A stretch of DNA of 64,000 nucleotides from Patescibacteria group bacterium (GTDB lineage: Bacteria; Patescibacteriota; Minisyncoccia; Minisyncoccales; GWA2-38-27), in contig JAHCRG010000016.1 of NCBI GenBank assembly GCA_020148045.1, forward strand, positions 68 to 64,067, in the 5' to 3' direction. Below the pieces are notes generated by a model. The model did no database searches. It was not told the DNA's origin and saw only the letters and a list, made by a program, of their open reading frames with translations. The translations under genes and the position numbers were made by a program. This document shows, piece after piece, positions 8,459 to 18,893 of this stretch; the first letter of the stretch is position 1; each line of letters begins with the position of its first letter.

Positions 8459-9862
8459 ATGATTTCTAAAAAAGATTTTATAAAAATTAATAATTGGTTA
8501 TGGGAGATCCCTAAATCTTTTAGACAAGATATGCGGGTTCCTGCAAGGATTTATACTTCGGAAAAGATGTTAGAAGATATTTTTCAAGATGACTCAATTC
8601 AGCAATTGATTAATGGAACTACTCTGCCTGGTATAGTGAGATATGGTATAGCTATGCCTGATTGCCACGAAGGTTATTCAGTGCCTATAGGTTTTGTGGG
8701 CGCAATCAAAATTCCAGACGGAGTTATTTCACCTGGAGCCTGCGGTTTCGACATTAATTGCGGAATGAGATTGTTGAAATCAGAACATGCTGAGAAAGAA
8801 ATTAAGCCGTATTTGGAAAACTTGGCAACTGAAATTCAAAAGCAAGTTCCTTCTGGATTAGGAAGAGGAAGGGGAATAAAATTGAGTATTGAACAAATTG
8901 ATAAGATTTTACGACAAGGAACTCATGTTTTACTGAAACAAGGATACGGCGAAAAAGAGGATGTTGAAAATTGCGAGGCATCTGGGAGATTAGATTGGGC
9001 AGATGCTTCTGTTGTTTCGGACCATGCTAAAAATAGAGGGAGAGATCAGGTTGGAACTCTTGGGAGTGGGAATCATTTTTTGGAGATTCAAAAAGTAGCT
9101 GAAATCTTTGATGAGAAAATAGCTGAAACTTTTGGATTGTTTAAAGACCAAGTTGTAATAATGATTCATACTGGTTCAAGAGGTCTTGGCCATCAGGTTT
9201 GCACAGATTATTTGAAAACAATGATTCCGGCTATGAGCAAGTATAATATAAAAGTTCCGGATAAAGAATTTGCCTGTGTTCCTTTTGATTCTTCTGAAGG
9301 ACAGAGATATTTTTCAGCCATGGCTTCAGCTGCTAATTATGCTTGGGCTAACCGCTATATGATTGCTCATTATGTAAGAAAGGCGTGGAAAGAGGTAATG
9401 GGGCAGAAAGAAAAACTTGAATTATTATATGATGTGGCTCACAACATTATTAAAAAAGAAAAATACAAAATTGATGGAAAAGATACTGAAGTCATTGTTC
9501 ATCGAAAAGGAGCGACAAGGGCTTTTCCTGGACAGCCAGTCCTGCTTCCCGGGAGTATGGGAACTTCTTCATATATTTTAATAGGGACAGAAAAAGGAGA
9601 AGAGGCATTTTTTTCAACCTCTCATGGGGCAGGCAGGAGAATGTCTAGACGGGAAGCAATGAGAACTATTTCGGGAAGAGAAGTGATAGATAAATTAAAG
9701 CAAAAAGGGATAATTATAAAATGTCGTTCAATGAGGGGAATTGCCGAAGAGGCGCCTCTGGCTTACAAAGATATAGATAATGTAGTAGAAGTTGTTCATA
9801 ATGCTGGTTTGTCAAAAAAGGTAGTCAAACTCGTTCCTTTAGCAGTGATAAAAGGAGAGTAG
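8459..9862 (+). CDS. rtcB: RtcB family RNA ligase
   Basis: MPDCHEGY, DINCG, GTLGSGNHF, HRKGAT, HGAGR, EEAPLAYK. Confidence 0.96.
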   Translation: MISKKDFIKINNWLWEIPKSFRQDMRVPARIYTSEKMLEDIFQDDSIQQLINGTTLPGIVRYGIAMPDCHEGYSVPIGFVGAIKIPDGVISPGACGFDINCGMRLLKSEHAEKEIKPYLENLATEIQKQVPSGLGRGRGIKLSIEQIDKILRQGTHVLLKQGYGEKEDVENCEASGRLDWADASVVSDHAKNRGRDQVGTLGSGNHFLEIQKVAEIFDEKIAETFGLFKDQVVIMIHTGSRGLGHQVCTDYLKTMIPAMSKYNIKVPDKEFACVPFDSSEGQRYFSAMASAANYAWANRYMIAHYVRKAWKEVMGQKEKLELLYDVAHNIIKKEKYKIDGKDTEVIVHRKGATRAFPGQPVLLPGSMGTSSYILIGTEKGEEAFFSTSHGAGRRMSRREAMRTISGREVIDKLKQKGIIIKCRSMRGIAEEAPLAYKDIDNVVEVVHNAGLSKKVVKLVPLAVIKGE

Positions 9863-9940
9863 GTATTTGTTTTTACAATTTCATGATTGTGCTATAATAT
9901 GTTAAAAGGTCGCTTATTTTAATATTAATTTTCTAAGATT

Positions 9941-10282
9941 ATGAGTGAAAAAACTCCTCAAACACCAGGAGCATCAACAAAACAGGGAGACCAAAATTTA
10001 ATAGCAGTTTTGAGTTATTTAGGTATTCTTTTTTTAATTCCCTTGCTTGTAGTTAAAGATAATCGTTTTGTTCAGTTTCACGCAAAACAGGGTTTGGTTT
10101 TATTTATTGCCGAGATTGCCACTGTTGTGATTGCCTGGATTCCGATTTTGGGCTGGATTGCCGGATTTATATTATGGATTGTATGGTTTGTTTTTTCTAT
10201 TATGGGAATTGTAAATGTTCTTGGAGGCAAAAAAACTCCCCTTCCAATGATTGGAAAATTCGCTGGTAAGTTTAAGATTTAA
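9941..10282 (+). CDS. DUF4870/Tic20-like small membrane protein
   Basis: LSYLGIL, FVQFHAKQG, IPILGW, LPMIG. Confidence 0.8.
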   Translation: MSEKTPQTPGASTKQGDQNLIAVLSYLGILFLIPLLVVKDNRFVQFHAKQGLVLFIAEIATVVIAWIPILGWIAGFILWIVWFVFSIMGIVNVLGGKKTPLPMIGKFAGKFKI

Positions 10283-10303
10283 TTTGGTTTAAAAAGAATA
10301 TTA

Positions 10304-10348
10304 AGTCAAGGGGTGGAGCAAGCCCGCTCCTTGATTTTTATTTTATTT
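10304..10348 (+). terminator. Intrinsic terminator
   Basis: gtcaaggggtgg/ccgctccttgat stem + T tract. Confidence 0.65.
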
Positions 10349-10441
10349 TATACTAAAATATAAACATTATTCTTATGTGTTTATTTTTTGTTTTATACTT
10401 GGTCTCTTTGACTTTTGTAGTTGGAGTTAATTTTTTGTATT

Positions 10442-10597
10442 ATGGGGAAGAAACGTATGCCAAAATCACTTCGCAAATTTATCAGAAAAGAGAAGGCCCG
10501 AATTCGTCGGGAAGTTTTAGATATGAAAGAACAAGAAAAATTAATTTCAGAATTATACCAGAGACTTACAAAAAAAGATAAAAAACAAAATCTATGA
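10442..10597 (+). CDS. Small basic hypothetical protein (51 aa), absent from ORF track
   Basis: MGKKRMPKSLRKFIRKEKARIRREVLD...; its TGA overlaps the next ATG (ATGA). Confidence 0.7.
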   Translation: MGKKRMPKSLRKFIRKEKARIRREVLDMKEQEKLISELYQRLTKKDKKQNL

Positions 10598-11538
10598 AGA
10601 TAAAAGAAATCTACAATTTAGCTATTCAGATGGGGATTAAGGCAGATTTTCGGGGGGAAGAAGGAATTAAGAAATTTTTGGAAAACAAAAGAAAGCAATA
10701 TGAGAAAATGGATGAGAAAGAAAAAGAAGAATTTGATAAGGAGGCATTGAAAAATCCCTATTTGGATTCCAGGATTTATCATATTACTGAAGATAAAGAG
10801 ATTAAAAAAATTTTAGTTGGTATTGATATTGAGCCGGCTGAAATTTTAATGGCAAAAGAAATAGGGGATATTGACTTAATTATTGGTCATCATCCTATTG
10901 GCAAGGGATTGGCTCATTTGGCAGATGTAATGGATTTGCAGTGCGATGTTTTGAATTTTTATGGCGTGCCAATAAATATTGCCGAAGGCCTGATGAAAGA
11001 AAGGATTGAAGAAGTTGCCAGAGGGGTGAATAGATTAAATCACCAAAGAACGGTTGATACCACAAAACTTTTAAAAATGAATTTAATTAATTCTCATACT
11101 CCTTGCGATAATTTAGCAGCTAAGTTTTTAAAAGATTTAATTAAAGAGAAGAAACCAGAGAGAATCAGTGATTTAATTGATTTGCTAAAAGAAATTCCCG
11201 AATACAAAGAAGCGATGAAAATTGGAGCAGGTCCTAAAATTTTTGTTGGGGTTCCAGAAAATAGATGCGGGAAGATTGCCCTAACTGAAATCACTGGCGG
11301 AAGTGAAGGTTCTCCAAAGCTTTTTGGAAAAATGGCTAATGCTGGTATTGGCACGGTAGTTGGCATGCATATTTCAGAAGAGCATAAGAAGCAAGCTGAA
11401 GAGGCTAATCTAAATGTTGTAATTACTGGTCATATATCTTCTGATTCTTTGGGAGTGAATTTATTTTTAGATGAGTTAGAAAAACAAGGAATTGAGATTA
11501 TTCCTTGTTCAGGACTTATTAGGATTCCCCGAATATAA
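10594..11538 (+). CDS. NIF3-like dinuclear metal-centre protein
   Basis: LVGID, GHHP, SHTPCD, GHISSD. Confidence 0.85.
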   Translation: MKIKEIYNLAIQMGIKADFRGEEGIKKFLENKRKQYEKMDEKEKEEFDKEALKNPYLDSRIYHITEDKEIKKILVGIDIEPAEILMAKEIGDIDLIIGHHPIGKGLAHLADVMDLQCDVLNFYGVPINIAEGLMKERIEEVARGVNRLNHQRTVDTTKLLKMNLINSHTPCDNLAAKFLKDLIKEKKPERISDLIDLLKEIPEYKEAMKIGAGPKIFVGVPENRCGKIALTEITGGSEGSPKLFGKMANAGIGTVVGMHISEEHKKQAEEANLNVVITGHISSDSLGVNLFLDELEKQGIEIIPCSGLIRIPRI

Positions 11539-11668
11539 TACTCTTCCAAATCTCATGATCGTGAATTTTAGAGGAGTAAAATTCTGGAGTAGAATTTTTG
11601 ATGTTGGCTGAAAAGCCAGTTTTTTGGTAGAATAGTTTAGTTAGGGATTAATTTATTAAGAAAATAAT

Positions 11669-13066
11669 ATGACAAAGGGCAAGGTTTTTCTTATTGTCTT
11701 AGTTTCAACAGCTATATTTTTATTGGTTTATACTCCCCATTTCGCTTATCCCTTCCCGAGCCACATAGATGAATGGCATCACATCACCGAAGCAATAAAA
11801 CTCCAGGAAGGAGAATATTCAGGAGGCACAATGGGATATCGAGTTGGTTTCCATCTTTTACTTTTATTGTTGTCTAAAATTACAAATCCTGTTTTAATTT
11901 ACCAATTTCTCCCGGCAATCTGGGCTGTTTTTTCAGCCCTTGCTTTATTTTACGTTGTTTATAAAAAAACAAACAAGCAATTTTATATAGCACTTTTAGC
12001 AGTGATTTTTTTCGCTTCAATAAAATCAAATGTCAATATAACAGGATTATGGTTTTTTACTCCTCTCACTTTTTCCCTGCCTTTTATTTTCTTGTATGTT
12101 TACTTTTTTACCGAAGGCATTGAAAAACAGAATAAAAAATTTATTTTAGCAAGCCTGGCAATAATAGTTGTCCTGTTATTTATACATTCAATATCTGTTT
12201 TATTTGCAATTCCCTTTTTGTTGATTTACTCTTTATTTAACTTTAGATATATTAAGAAAGAATGGAAATTCTTTTCTCTATTTTTAATAATTCCCGTAAT
12301 AGGTATATTATTCTATAAATTTGTGACTAAAACGCCCTGGAATTTCTTAATAAGAAATTTAATTAAGGCATTACAATTTGAGCGCGGCTGGGGCGTCTTA
12401 GAAATAGATAATTCATTTTTTGAACTCTATAGTTTGATAGGTTATATATTAGCAATTATAGGATTAATTCTTGTTTTCAGAAACGAGAAAAATCTAAAAA
12501 AATACTTAGCTTACGGATTATGGCCAATCACAGTTTTAATATTAATAATGATTTATAAAAAAACAGGCGTTTCATATCTGTCTCCTTATCAAAGAAACTT
12601 ATATTATTTTGTTATAGGTTTACCGATATTAAGCGCATTGGGTTTAAATTACTTATTTAAGTTAACAAAAAAGAAGACACTCGTGGTTATAGTTTTTATT
12701 GTAGTAATATTTTTTACTTTTAAATCTTATTGGGAAATTCCAGAACAACTTGATTTGTACCAGGTGATTGATAGTAATGATTACCAAGCCTTTTTATTTT
12801 TGTCAGCTCTCCCGAAGTCAGTAGTTATGGCAGATCCAATGGTTTCAGTAGCGATGTATCCGATTTCCCAACAGGAACCAGTTGCTACTTTATTTTTTTA
12901 TGGAAACAGAGAAGATGCTAAAATGTTCTTTTCATTAGATGATTGTAAGGCAAAACAGCAAATCTTAAATGAATATAAGGTAAGGTATGTTTTATCAAAA
13001 TTTAAGATTGATTGCGGCTGGGATTTAATATACGATAAAGAAAATTATATTTATGAAGTAAGATGA
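11669..13066 (+). CDS. Polytopic membrane protein, probable GT-C fold glycosyltransferase
   Basis: Many TM segments, HIDEW acidic motif after TM1, soluble C-terminal domain; GT cluster context. Confidence 0.6.
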   Translation: MTKGKVFLIVLVSTAIFLLVYTPHFAYPFPSHIDEWHHITEAIKLQEGEYSGGTMGYRVGFHLLLLLLSKITNPVLIYQFLPAIWAVFSALALFYVVYKKTNKQFYIALLAVIFFASIKSNVNITGLWFFTPLTFSLPFIFLYVYFFTEGIEKQNKKFILASLAIIVVLLFIHSISVLFAIPFLLIYSLFNFRYIKKEWKFFSLFLIIPVIGILFYKFVTKTPWNFLIRNLIKALQFERGWGVLEIDNSFFELYSLIGYILAIIGLILVFRNEKNLKKYLAYGLWPITVLILIMIYKKTGVSYLSPYQRNLYYFVIGLPILSALGLNYLFKLTKKKTLVVIVFIVVIFFTFKSYWEIPEQLDLYQVIDSNDYQAFLFLSALPKSVVMADPMVSVAMYPISQQEPVATLFFYGNREDAKMFFSLDDCKAKQQILNEYKVRYVLSKFKIDCGWDLIYDKENYIYEVR

Positions 13067-14211
13067 AAACAAAAACAAGTAATAAAAACCCAGAAGTAAG
13101 CATAATCCTTCCTTGTTTAAATGAGGAGCAATCTTTAGGTACCTGTCTTGAGAAAATAAAAAAGGTTGTTAGGAAAAATAACCTTAATGCAGAGATAATA
13201 GTTGTAGATAATGGTTCTACAGATAATAGCTGCAAGATTGCTAAAAGAAAAAAAGTTAAAATAATTTATGAACCAAAAAGAGGTTATGGTTCAGCTTTTT
13301 TAAAAGGCTTTGAGGTGGCGAAAGGGAAATATTTTTTTTGTGCTGATTCAGACGGTAGTTATGATTTTAGAGAAATTCCAAGATTTATAGAAGAACTTAA
13401 AAAGGGCTCTGATTTTGTAATTGGAGATAGATTTAAAGGAAAAGTGAAAAAAGGAGCAATGCCTTGGTTCCACAGATACATAGGAAACCCAATGCTTTCC
13501 GGGATTTTAAGATTATTTTTCAAAACAAAAATTCAGGATGTCCATTGCGGTATGAGAACTATAACTAAAAAAGCTCTTAAAGAACTTAATTTGAGGGCAA
13601 CAGGTATGGAATTTGCTTCTGAAATGGTAATTCAGGCAGTTAAAAAAAATTTAAAAACTAAAGAAATTCCAATAGACTACCACAAAAGAAAAGGAACCTC
13701 TAAATTAAAAAGTTTTCGGGACGGATGGAAACATTTAAGGTTTATGTTGTTATACAGCCCCTTATTTTTATTTTTTATCCCGGGGGTTTTATTATTTTTA
13801 ATTGGCTTGATTTCTATGCTTTGGCTTTATTTTGGCTCTCTAAATATCTTTGGAATAGAATTTCAATATCATCCGATGTTTTTATCAGCCCTGTTAATTA
13901 TAATTGGTTATCAGTTAATCATATTTTCTTTGTTTGCCAAAACTTACGCCATAAATCATTTGGGAGAAAAGCCAATATTTAATAAACTTTATAAATATCT
14001 AACAATAGAAAAAGCAGGAATTGTCGGGATAATTATCGTTTTGCTTGGAATAATAATCTTCGCAACGATATTTTTTAAATGGCTCAATACGGGTTTTGGA
14101 GAATTAGATGAAATAAAAAATTCTATCACTGCTTTAACTTTAATTATTGTAGGAATTCAAACAATATTTTCCTCTTTTATGCTAAGTATCTTAGGGATTA
14201 AAGAAAAATGA
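13063..14211 (+). CDS. GT2 polyprenol-phosphate glycosyltransferase (DPM1-like) with C-terminal TM helices
   Basis: IILPCLNEE, VDNGSTD, DSD, GMEFASEM. Confidence 0.92.
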   Translation: MKTKTSNKNPEVSIILPCLNEEQSLGTCLEKIKKVVRKNNLNAEIIVVDNGSTDNSCKIAKRKKVKIIYEPKRGYGSAFLKGFEVAKGKYFFCADSDGSYDFREIPRFIEELKKGSDFVIGDRFKGKVKKGAMPWFHRYIGNPMLSGILRLFFKTKIQDVHCGMRTITKKALKELNLRATGMEFASEMVIQAVKKNLKTKEIPIDYHKRKGTSKLKSFRDGWKHLRFMLLYSPLFLFFIPGVLLFLIGLISMLWLYFGSLNIFGIEFQYHPMFLSALLIIIGYQLIIFSLFAKTYAINHLGEKPIFNKLYKYLTIEKAGIVGIIIVLLGIIIFATIFFKWLNTGFGELDEIKNSITALTLIIVGIQTIFSSFMLSILGIKEK

Positions 14212-14251
14212 CTGCAAGTAACATCATTATAAGAAATATTTTAAGAAGAAA

Positions 14252-16078
14252 ATGGATATAATAGTTAATTTTATTTTAAGAATACTTGGAACTCTAATCT
14301 TTTTCCTGCCGGGCGTTCTGCTGAGCTATGTTATTTTCAAAAAAAAGAATTTGATTGAAAGAACTGCTTACTCAATCGTCTTGGCTGTCTCTGTGGCTAC
14401 TATTTTAGGCATGGCTTTGGCAAAATTAGGAATATTTACTCCTTTTTTTATTATAGTTGGAGTAAGCGTAATAAATATCATACTCTTAATTATTGTCGTT
14501 ATTCAAAGCAGGAATACAGAATTCAAAACAGGCAAGATGGATACTTCTTTCAGATTGATTTGCCTCTTCTCTTTAATTGGTCTTCTGTGGAGACTTTATT
14601 TTGTATCTAAAGTGAACCAATGGGGAGATGGCATAACGAGCCACATAGAACATCTTATTGGAAATAGCATTAGAGGGAGTGGGAGTGCATTGATTTCTAC
14701 ACCTAATCTTAATTTTTATACCGGCATGGTAAGAGATCGTGCAAATTTTATTGGAGGTATTTTGTCAAAAAATATATTAAACCAGCTGTCATTTAATCAT
14801 TCCATTATGAACATAATACTATCTGTTTTTCTTTTATGCAGTTTTACCTATGTAGTTATAAAATTATTCACAGAAAATGAGAAACTAGCTTTGTTCGGCG
14901 CTGCTGTTATGGCTATAGGGCTAGTAGAAATCTGGCAGAATACGTTTGGTTTTATTGGGGGTAATCTTTCATATGTAGCGTTAATCTCTCTTTTCATATT
15001 CTATAAGAAAGAGAATAAAGCCTATTTCTGGTTTTTACTCTTGATAGCTATAATAATGATGTTTAGCTATTATACCGGTTCTTTGGTAATGATTATCACT
15101 TCTGTTGGGTTTGCTTTTGCGCTAATTCTAAAAAATGTAAGGTTTAATGGAAGTATATTCCGGATATTTTTGAAGTCACTAATACAAAGGAAGGTGATTG
15201 CGTATTTATTTATTGCTTTGTTGTTATCTTCGTTTATTTTCTTATTTTCGAGTGAAACGGTTTCTGTCTATACTTCTGAAAACGTTCGTGCGGTTGCAAG
15301 CGAGATAAAAAGTGGTGAAGAGAGCGAAAAAATATCAATACCGGAACCTACAAGGCCATATAAATCTAAAATCAGGTTTCTTGGTCTGCCCATAATAAGC
15401 TGGCAGAATATTTTTTTCATCTTTCTGGGGTTAACATTTGCACTTTATTTTATCTTTAGAAAAACTGACAGTTATGACAAAGATATAGCCTATGCTTCTA
15501 TACCTGTTATTACGTTGGCTCTTGTTTTTTTGAGTGTAAATATGCCTGAAAGAGCTTTTTCATATCTTGCTTTTTTTGGAATTCTCGCAGCTAAAATACC
15601 TAAGAGAGTATTTAGAATTTTTGTAGTTATCTCACTGATTTTTTTAGTCTCGACAACCTTTTTAGTAGCCTCGCAAAGAATAAAATTTTTTACGAACTCA
15701 GACGGCGAAATTAAAGCGGCAAAATGGGTAAGTGAAAATCTCAATGAGATAATTCTTAGTGATGAGCGTTTTATAAGTTTGGTTATACAAAATAATTATT
15801 TTAAAGTTAATGGTTTTGAGGATAATTCTCCATATATGTATCCTACTTTTTATAGAAATGATCCTGAAGAAGTCAGGATGGTTATGCGAGAACTAAGAGC
15901 GGGTTATTTTGCAACGACCAAGAGAATGAGGGACGATTATATCTTGATGCTGAATTTTCCTCAAGTCCCGATGGAGAACGGGCAGATGTATGAAGAAAAT
16001 TTTACTAAAGTTTATGACAATGGAGATGTCAAAGTTTATAAAATAAATCAAGAACCTTGCTGCGTGCAAGAACCTTAA
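14252..16078 (+). CDS. Polytopic membrane protein, possible GT-C glycosyltransferase
   Basis: FFLPG N-terminus, many TM helices, KVYDNGDVKVY C-terminus. Confidence 0.6.
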   Translation: MDIIVNFILRILGTLIFFLPGVLLSYVIFKKKNLIERTAYSIVLAVSVATILGMALAKLGIFTPFFIIVGVSVINIILLIIVVIQSRNTEFKTGKMDTSFRLICLFSLIGLLWRLYFVSKVNQWGDGITSHIEHLIGNSIRGSGSALISTPNLNFYTGMVRDRANFIGGILSKNILNQLSFNHSIMNIILSVFLLCSFTYVVIKLFTENEKLALFGAAVMAIGLVEIWQNTFGFIGGNLSYVALISLFIFYKKENKAYFWFLLLIAIIMMFSYYTGSLVMIITSVGFAFALILKNVRFNGSIFRIFLKSLIQRKVIAYLFIALLLSSFIFLFSSETVSVYTSENVRAVASEIKSGEESEKISIPEPTRPYKSKIRFLGLPIISWQNIFFIFLGLTFALYFIFRKTDSYDKDIAYASIPVITLALVFLSVNMPERAFSYLAFFGILAAKIPKRVFRIFVVISLIFLVSTTFLVASQRIKFFTNSDGEIKAAKWVSENLNEIILSDERFISLVIQNNYFKVNGFEDNSPYMYPTFYRNDPEEVRMVMRELRAGYFATTKRMRDDYILMLNFPQVPMENGQMYEENFTKVYDNGDVKVYKINQEPCCVQEP

Positions 16079-16084
16079 TTCGCT

Positions 16085-16120
16085 CCTGCCCGCATTGTTA
16101 TGCAAAGCCTTGCAGGCGGG
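16085..16120. repeat. GC-rich REP-like palindrome
   Basis: cccgc...tgcaa-agcc-ttgca-ggcggg hairpin in AT-rich spacer. Confidence 0.5.
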
Positions 16121-16174
16121 AAGGTATAAATATATATTCTTGAATTAAGGAAGCCAAATAAACTAAAAACGAAA

Positions 16175-17257
16175 ATGAAAATAGCCATCTTCCATAATTT
16201 TATGGACAATATTGGAGGAGCAGAAATAGTTGGTTTGACCTTAGCCAGAGAATTAAAGGCGGATTTCTATACTACAAATATAGATGAAGAGAAAATCCGA
16301 AAAATGGGTTTTTCTAATATAGAATTAAAATCTATTGGAAAAGTTCCAACAAATGCACCTTTTAGGCATCAGGCAGCTTTAAGAAAATTTAGAAAACTTA
16401 ATTTGGGAAACAAGTATGATTTTTATATTATTGATGGTGACTGGGCAATGTCAGGAGCAGTTAACAATAAACCAAATCTTTGGTATGTTCATTCACCAAT
16501 AAGAGAAATCTGGGATTTGTATAAACATACAAGAAAGAATAATGTCCCGTTGCCCTTAAGGCCTATTTTTGACACCTGGGTATATTATAATCGCTATTTA
16601 AACAAAAAATATGTCCAAGAAGTTGATAAAATAGTTTGTAATTCAAAAAACACTCAAAAAAGAGTTAAAAAATATCTAAATAAAGAAGCTACGGTAATTA
16701 ATCCTCCAATAGAAACATCTAAATTTCATTATAAAAAAACTGGGGATTTCTGGCTTTCTGTTAACAGATTAATTAGTCATAAAGGAATTGATTTGCAAAT
16801 AAAAGCATTTTCTAAATTACCGGATGAAAAACTAATTATTGTTGGAAGTTATGAAAAATCAAGACATTTTAAACAATATGCAAATTACATTAAATCAATA
16901 AAACCAAGAAATGTAGAAATATTAAGCTGGCTTAATTCTAATGAATTGGTTGATTTGTATACAAATTGCAAAGGTCTCATCGCAACTTCAAAAAATGAAG
17001 ATTTTGGTATGGCTTCTGTTGAAGCAATGGCCTCTGGCAAGCCGGTCATAGCTTCAAATGAAGGTGGCTACAAAGAGACAGTTCTTGATGGTGTTACCGG
17101 AAAGCTGATTGATAATATTAATGAAGATAAATTATTAGAAGCAATCAAAGAAATTGGCAAAAATCCTGAAAAATATAAAGAGGCCTGCATAGAACAGGCA
17201 AAAAAATACGATGTCAAGATTTTTATTAAAAAAATTAAAGAGCAGATTGAAAAATGA
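16175..17257 (+). CDS. GT4 glycosyltransferase
   Basis: GGAE, EDFGMASVEAMASGKPVI. Confidence 0.94.
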   Translation: MKIAIFHNFMDNIGGAEIVGLTLARELKADFYTTNIDEEKIRKMGFSNIELKSIGKVPTNAPFRHQAALRKFRKLNLGNKYDFYIIDGDWAMSGAVNNKPNLWYVHSPIREIWDLYKHTRKNNVPLPLRPIFDTWVYYNRYLNKKYVQEVDKIVCNSKNTQKRVKKYLNKEATVINPPIETSKFHYKKTGDFWLSVNRLISHKGIDLQIKAFSKLPDEKLIIVGSYEKSRHFKQYANYIKSIKPRNVEILSWLNSNELVDLYTNCKGLIATSKNEDFGMASVEAMASGKPVIASNEGGYKETVLDGVTGKLIDNINEDKLLEAIKEIGKNPEKYKEACIEQAKKYDVKIFIKKIKEQIEK

Positions 17258-18120
17258 AGCAATTAATTTCAATAGTTATTCCAACGTATAATGCAGAAAA
17301 AACACTAAAGCAATGTTTAAACTCTATCTTAAATCAGACTTATAAAAATTATGAGATTATTGTTGTAGATAATAATTCTACTGATAAAACTGAAAAGATA
17401 ATTAAGGAATTGCAAAGAAAGAATAAAAAAATAAAATACCTATTTGAAAAAAGAAAAGGAAGGGGTGCTGCAAGAAATACAGGAGAGAAAAAAGCAAGAG
17501 GAAAGATTATTTTAATGACAGATAGTGATTGTATTGTTCCTAAGAACTGGGTCAGCGAGATGGTTAAAGCCATTAAAGAATATGATGCAGTACAGGGTTT
17601 TGAACAAGCTGTTTCTGATAATTTTTGGAGCAGATGTTATCAGATGGATTCTAAAAAAAAATATGAAAAAGAAAGTATGAAAAACCCAATTGGAAAAATC
17701 GATACAAAAAACTTTGCAATAAAAAAAGAAGTATTAAAAAAAATAGGATTCACCTCCCGAAAATACATAAGTGGGAATGATACTGATCTTTCAATAAAAC
17801 TTGCAAAAAATAATTGTAAGGTAAGATTTATGAAAAATATAAAAGTTAAACATTCTCATGTTGATTCATTAAAAAAAATTTTTAAAAAAAGAGTCCATCA
17901 TGCAAAATGGACTTCTATAATCTCTCGCGATCATAAAAAATTTCTTAAAAATACAAGTTTTTTAGCAGATACTTGCCAAACCCCTTGGACATTTATTAAA
18001 TTTTTCCCCGGAATCTTCGGAACTTTAATAAAAAAAGGTTTTAGATATGCTTATTATGATTTTGTTGTGGGAATTTCCTGGAGAATTGGGTTAGTTTATG
18101 GCTGGATAAAACAATCTTAA
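17254..18120 (+). CDS. GT2 glycosyltransferase
   Basis: SIVIPTYN, VDNNSTD, ARNTG, TDSD. Confidence 0.94.
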   Translation: MKQLISIVIPTYNAEKTLKQCLNSILNQTYKNYEIIVVDNNSTDKTEKIIKELQRKNKKIKYLFEKRKGRGAARNTGEKKARGKIILMTDSDCIVPKNWVSEMVKAIKEYDAVQGFEQAVSDNFWSRCYQMDSKKKYEKESMKNPIGKIDTKNFAIKKEVLKKIGFTSRKYISGNDTDLSIKLAKNNCKVRFMKNIKVKHSHVDSLKKIFKKRVHHAKWTSIISRDHKKFLKNTSFLADTCQTPWTFIKFFPGIFGTLIKKGFRYAYYDFVVGISWRIGLVYGWIKQS

Positions 18121-18172
18121 ATCCGAAGGAATCAAGGTTCTACAAGCGCGGCTTGTAGGTTTTTATTATTGA

Positions 18173-18892
18173 TTATTGTTTATATCCCATAATAATCCTT
18201 CTTGGCTCCCCTTCTTTGATAATTCTGCCTTTATCAAGCAAAATAACCCTGTTGCAGTATTTTTCAATCATCCATAATTCATGACTTACCAATAAGACCG
18301 TTGCCCCTTTATTTACTAATTCTTTTATTTTGTTTGCACTTTTAATTTTAAAATCCTCGTCTCCAACTTCAAGAACCTCATCAAGCAGAAGAATGTCCGG
18401 ATTGCAATGAATTGCAATTGAAAATGCCAACCTTTGTTTCATTCCCTCTGAAAACTGATATATTTTTGTGTTGACAAAATTTTCAAGTTCTGCAAATTCA
18501 ACTATTGAATTGAATTTCTTTTTTATTTCCTTTTTGCCTAAATCAAAAAGAGAACAACACAAATAAATATTATCTCTGGTTGTTAATCTTTCTTTCGGCC
18601 CAACTTTCAAATTTATTAGAGAGATTAATTTCCCATTAATTTTGACTGTCCCATCATCTTTATCATATATTCCTGCGATAATTCTTAATAAAGTACTTTT
18701 ACCAGAGCCATTTTCACCAATAATTCCAATTATTTCTCCTGCCTTTGCTTTAAACGATACATTCTTTAAAGCCCAGATGATTTTTCTGGGCTCTTTTCCG
18801 GAAAAAAAAGAAATAAATCTGGCTAAAGCTCCTTGATTTTTTTTAAATCCTATTTTAAATTTTTTTGATATATCTTTGACAATTATTCCCAT
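18173..18892 (-). CDS. Polysaccharide ABC exporter ATPase (Wzt/TagH-like)
   Basis: GENGSGKST, FSEGMKQRL, LLLDE..VGD. Confidence 0.92.
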   Translation of the reverse strand: MGIIVKDISKKFKIGFKKNQGALARFISFFSGKEPRKIIWALKNVSFKAKAGEIIGIIGENGSGKSTLLRIIAGIYDKDDGTVKINGKLISLINLKVGPKERLTTRDNIYLCCSLFDLGKKEIKKKFNSIVEFAELENFVNTKIYQFSEGMKQRLAFSIAIHCNPDILLLDEVLEVGDEDFKIKSANKIKELVNKGATVLLVSHELWMIEKYCNRVILLDKGRIIKEGEPRRIIMGYKQ

Positions 18893-18893
18893 T

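Noticed and set aside
8459..9862. rtcB as evidence for intron-containing tRNAs
   Set aside because: None of the 15 tRNAs here shows an intron, and RtcB is widespread as an RNA repair enzyme.
10375..10581. 68-aa ORF in the track
   Set aside because: Overlaps the better-supported 10442-10597 ORF in another frame, and its 5' part is T-rich promoter-like DNA.
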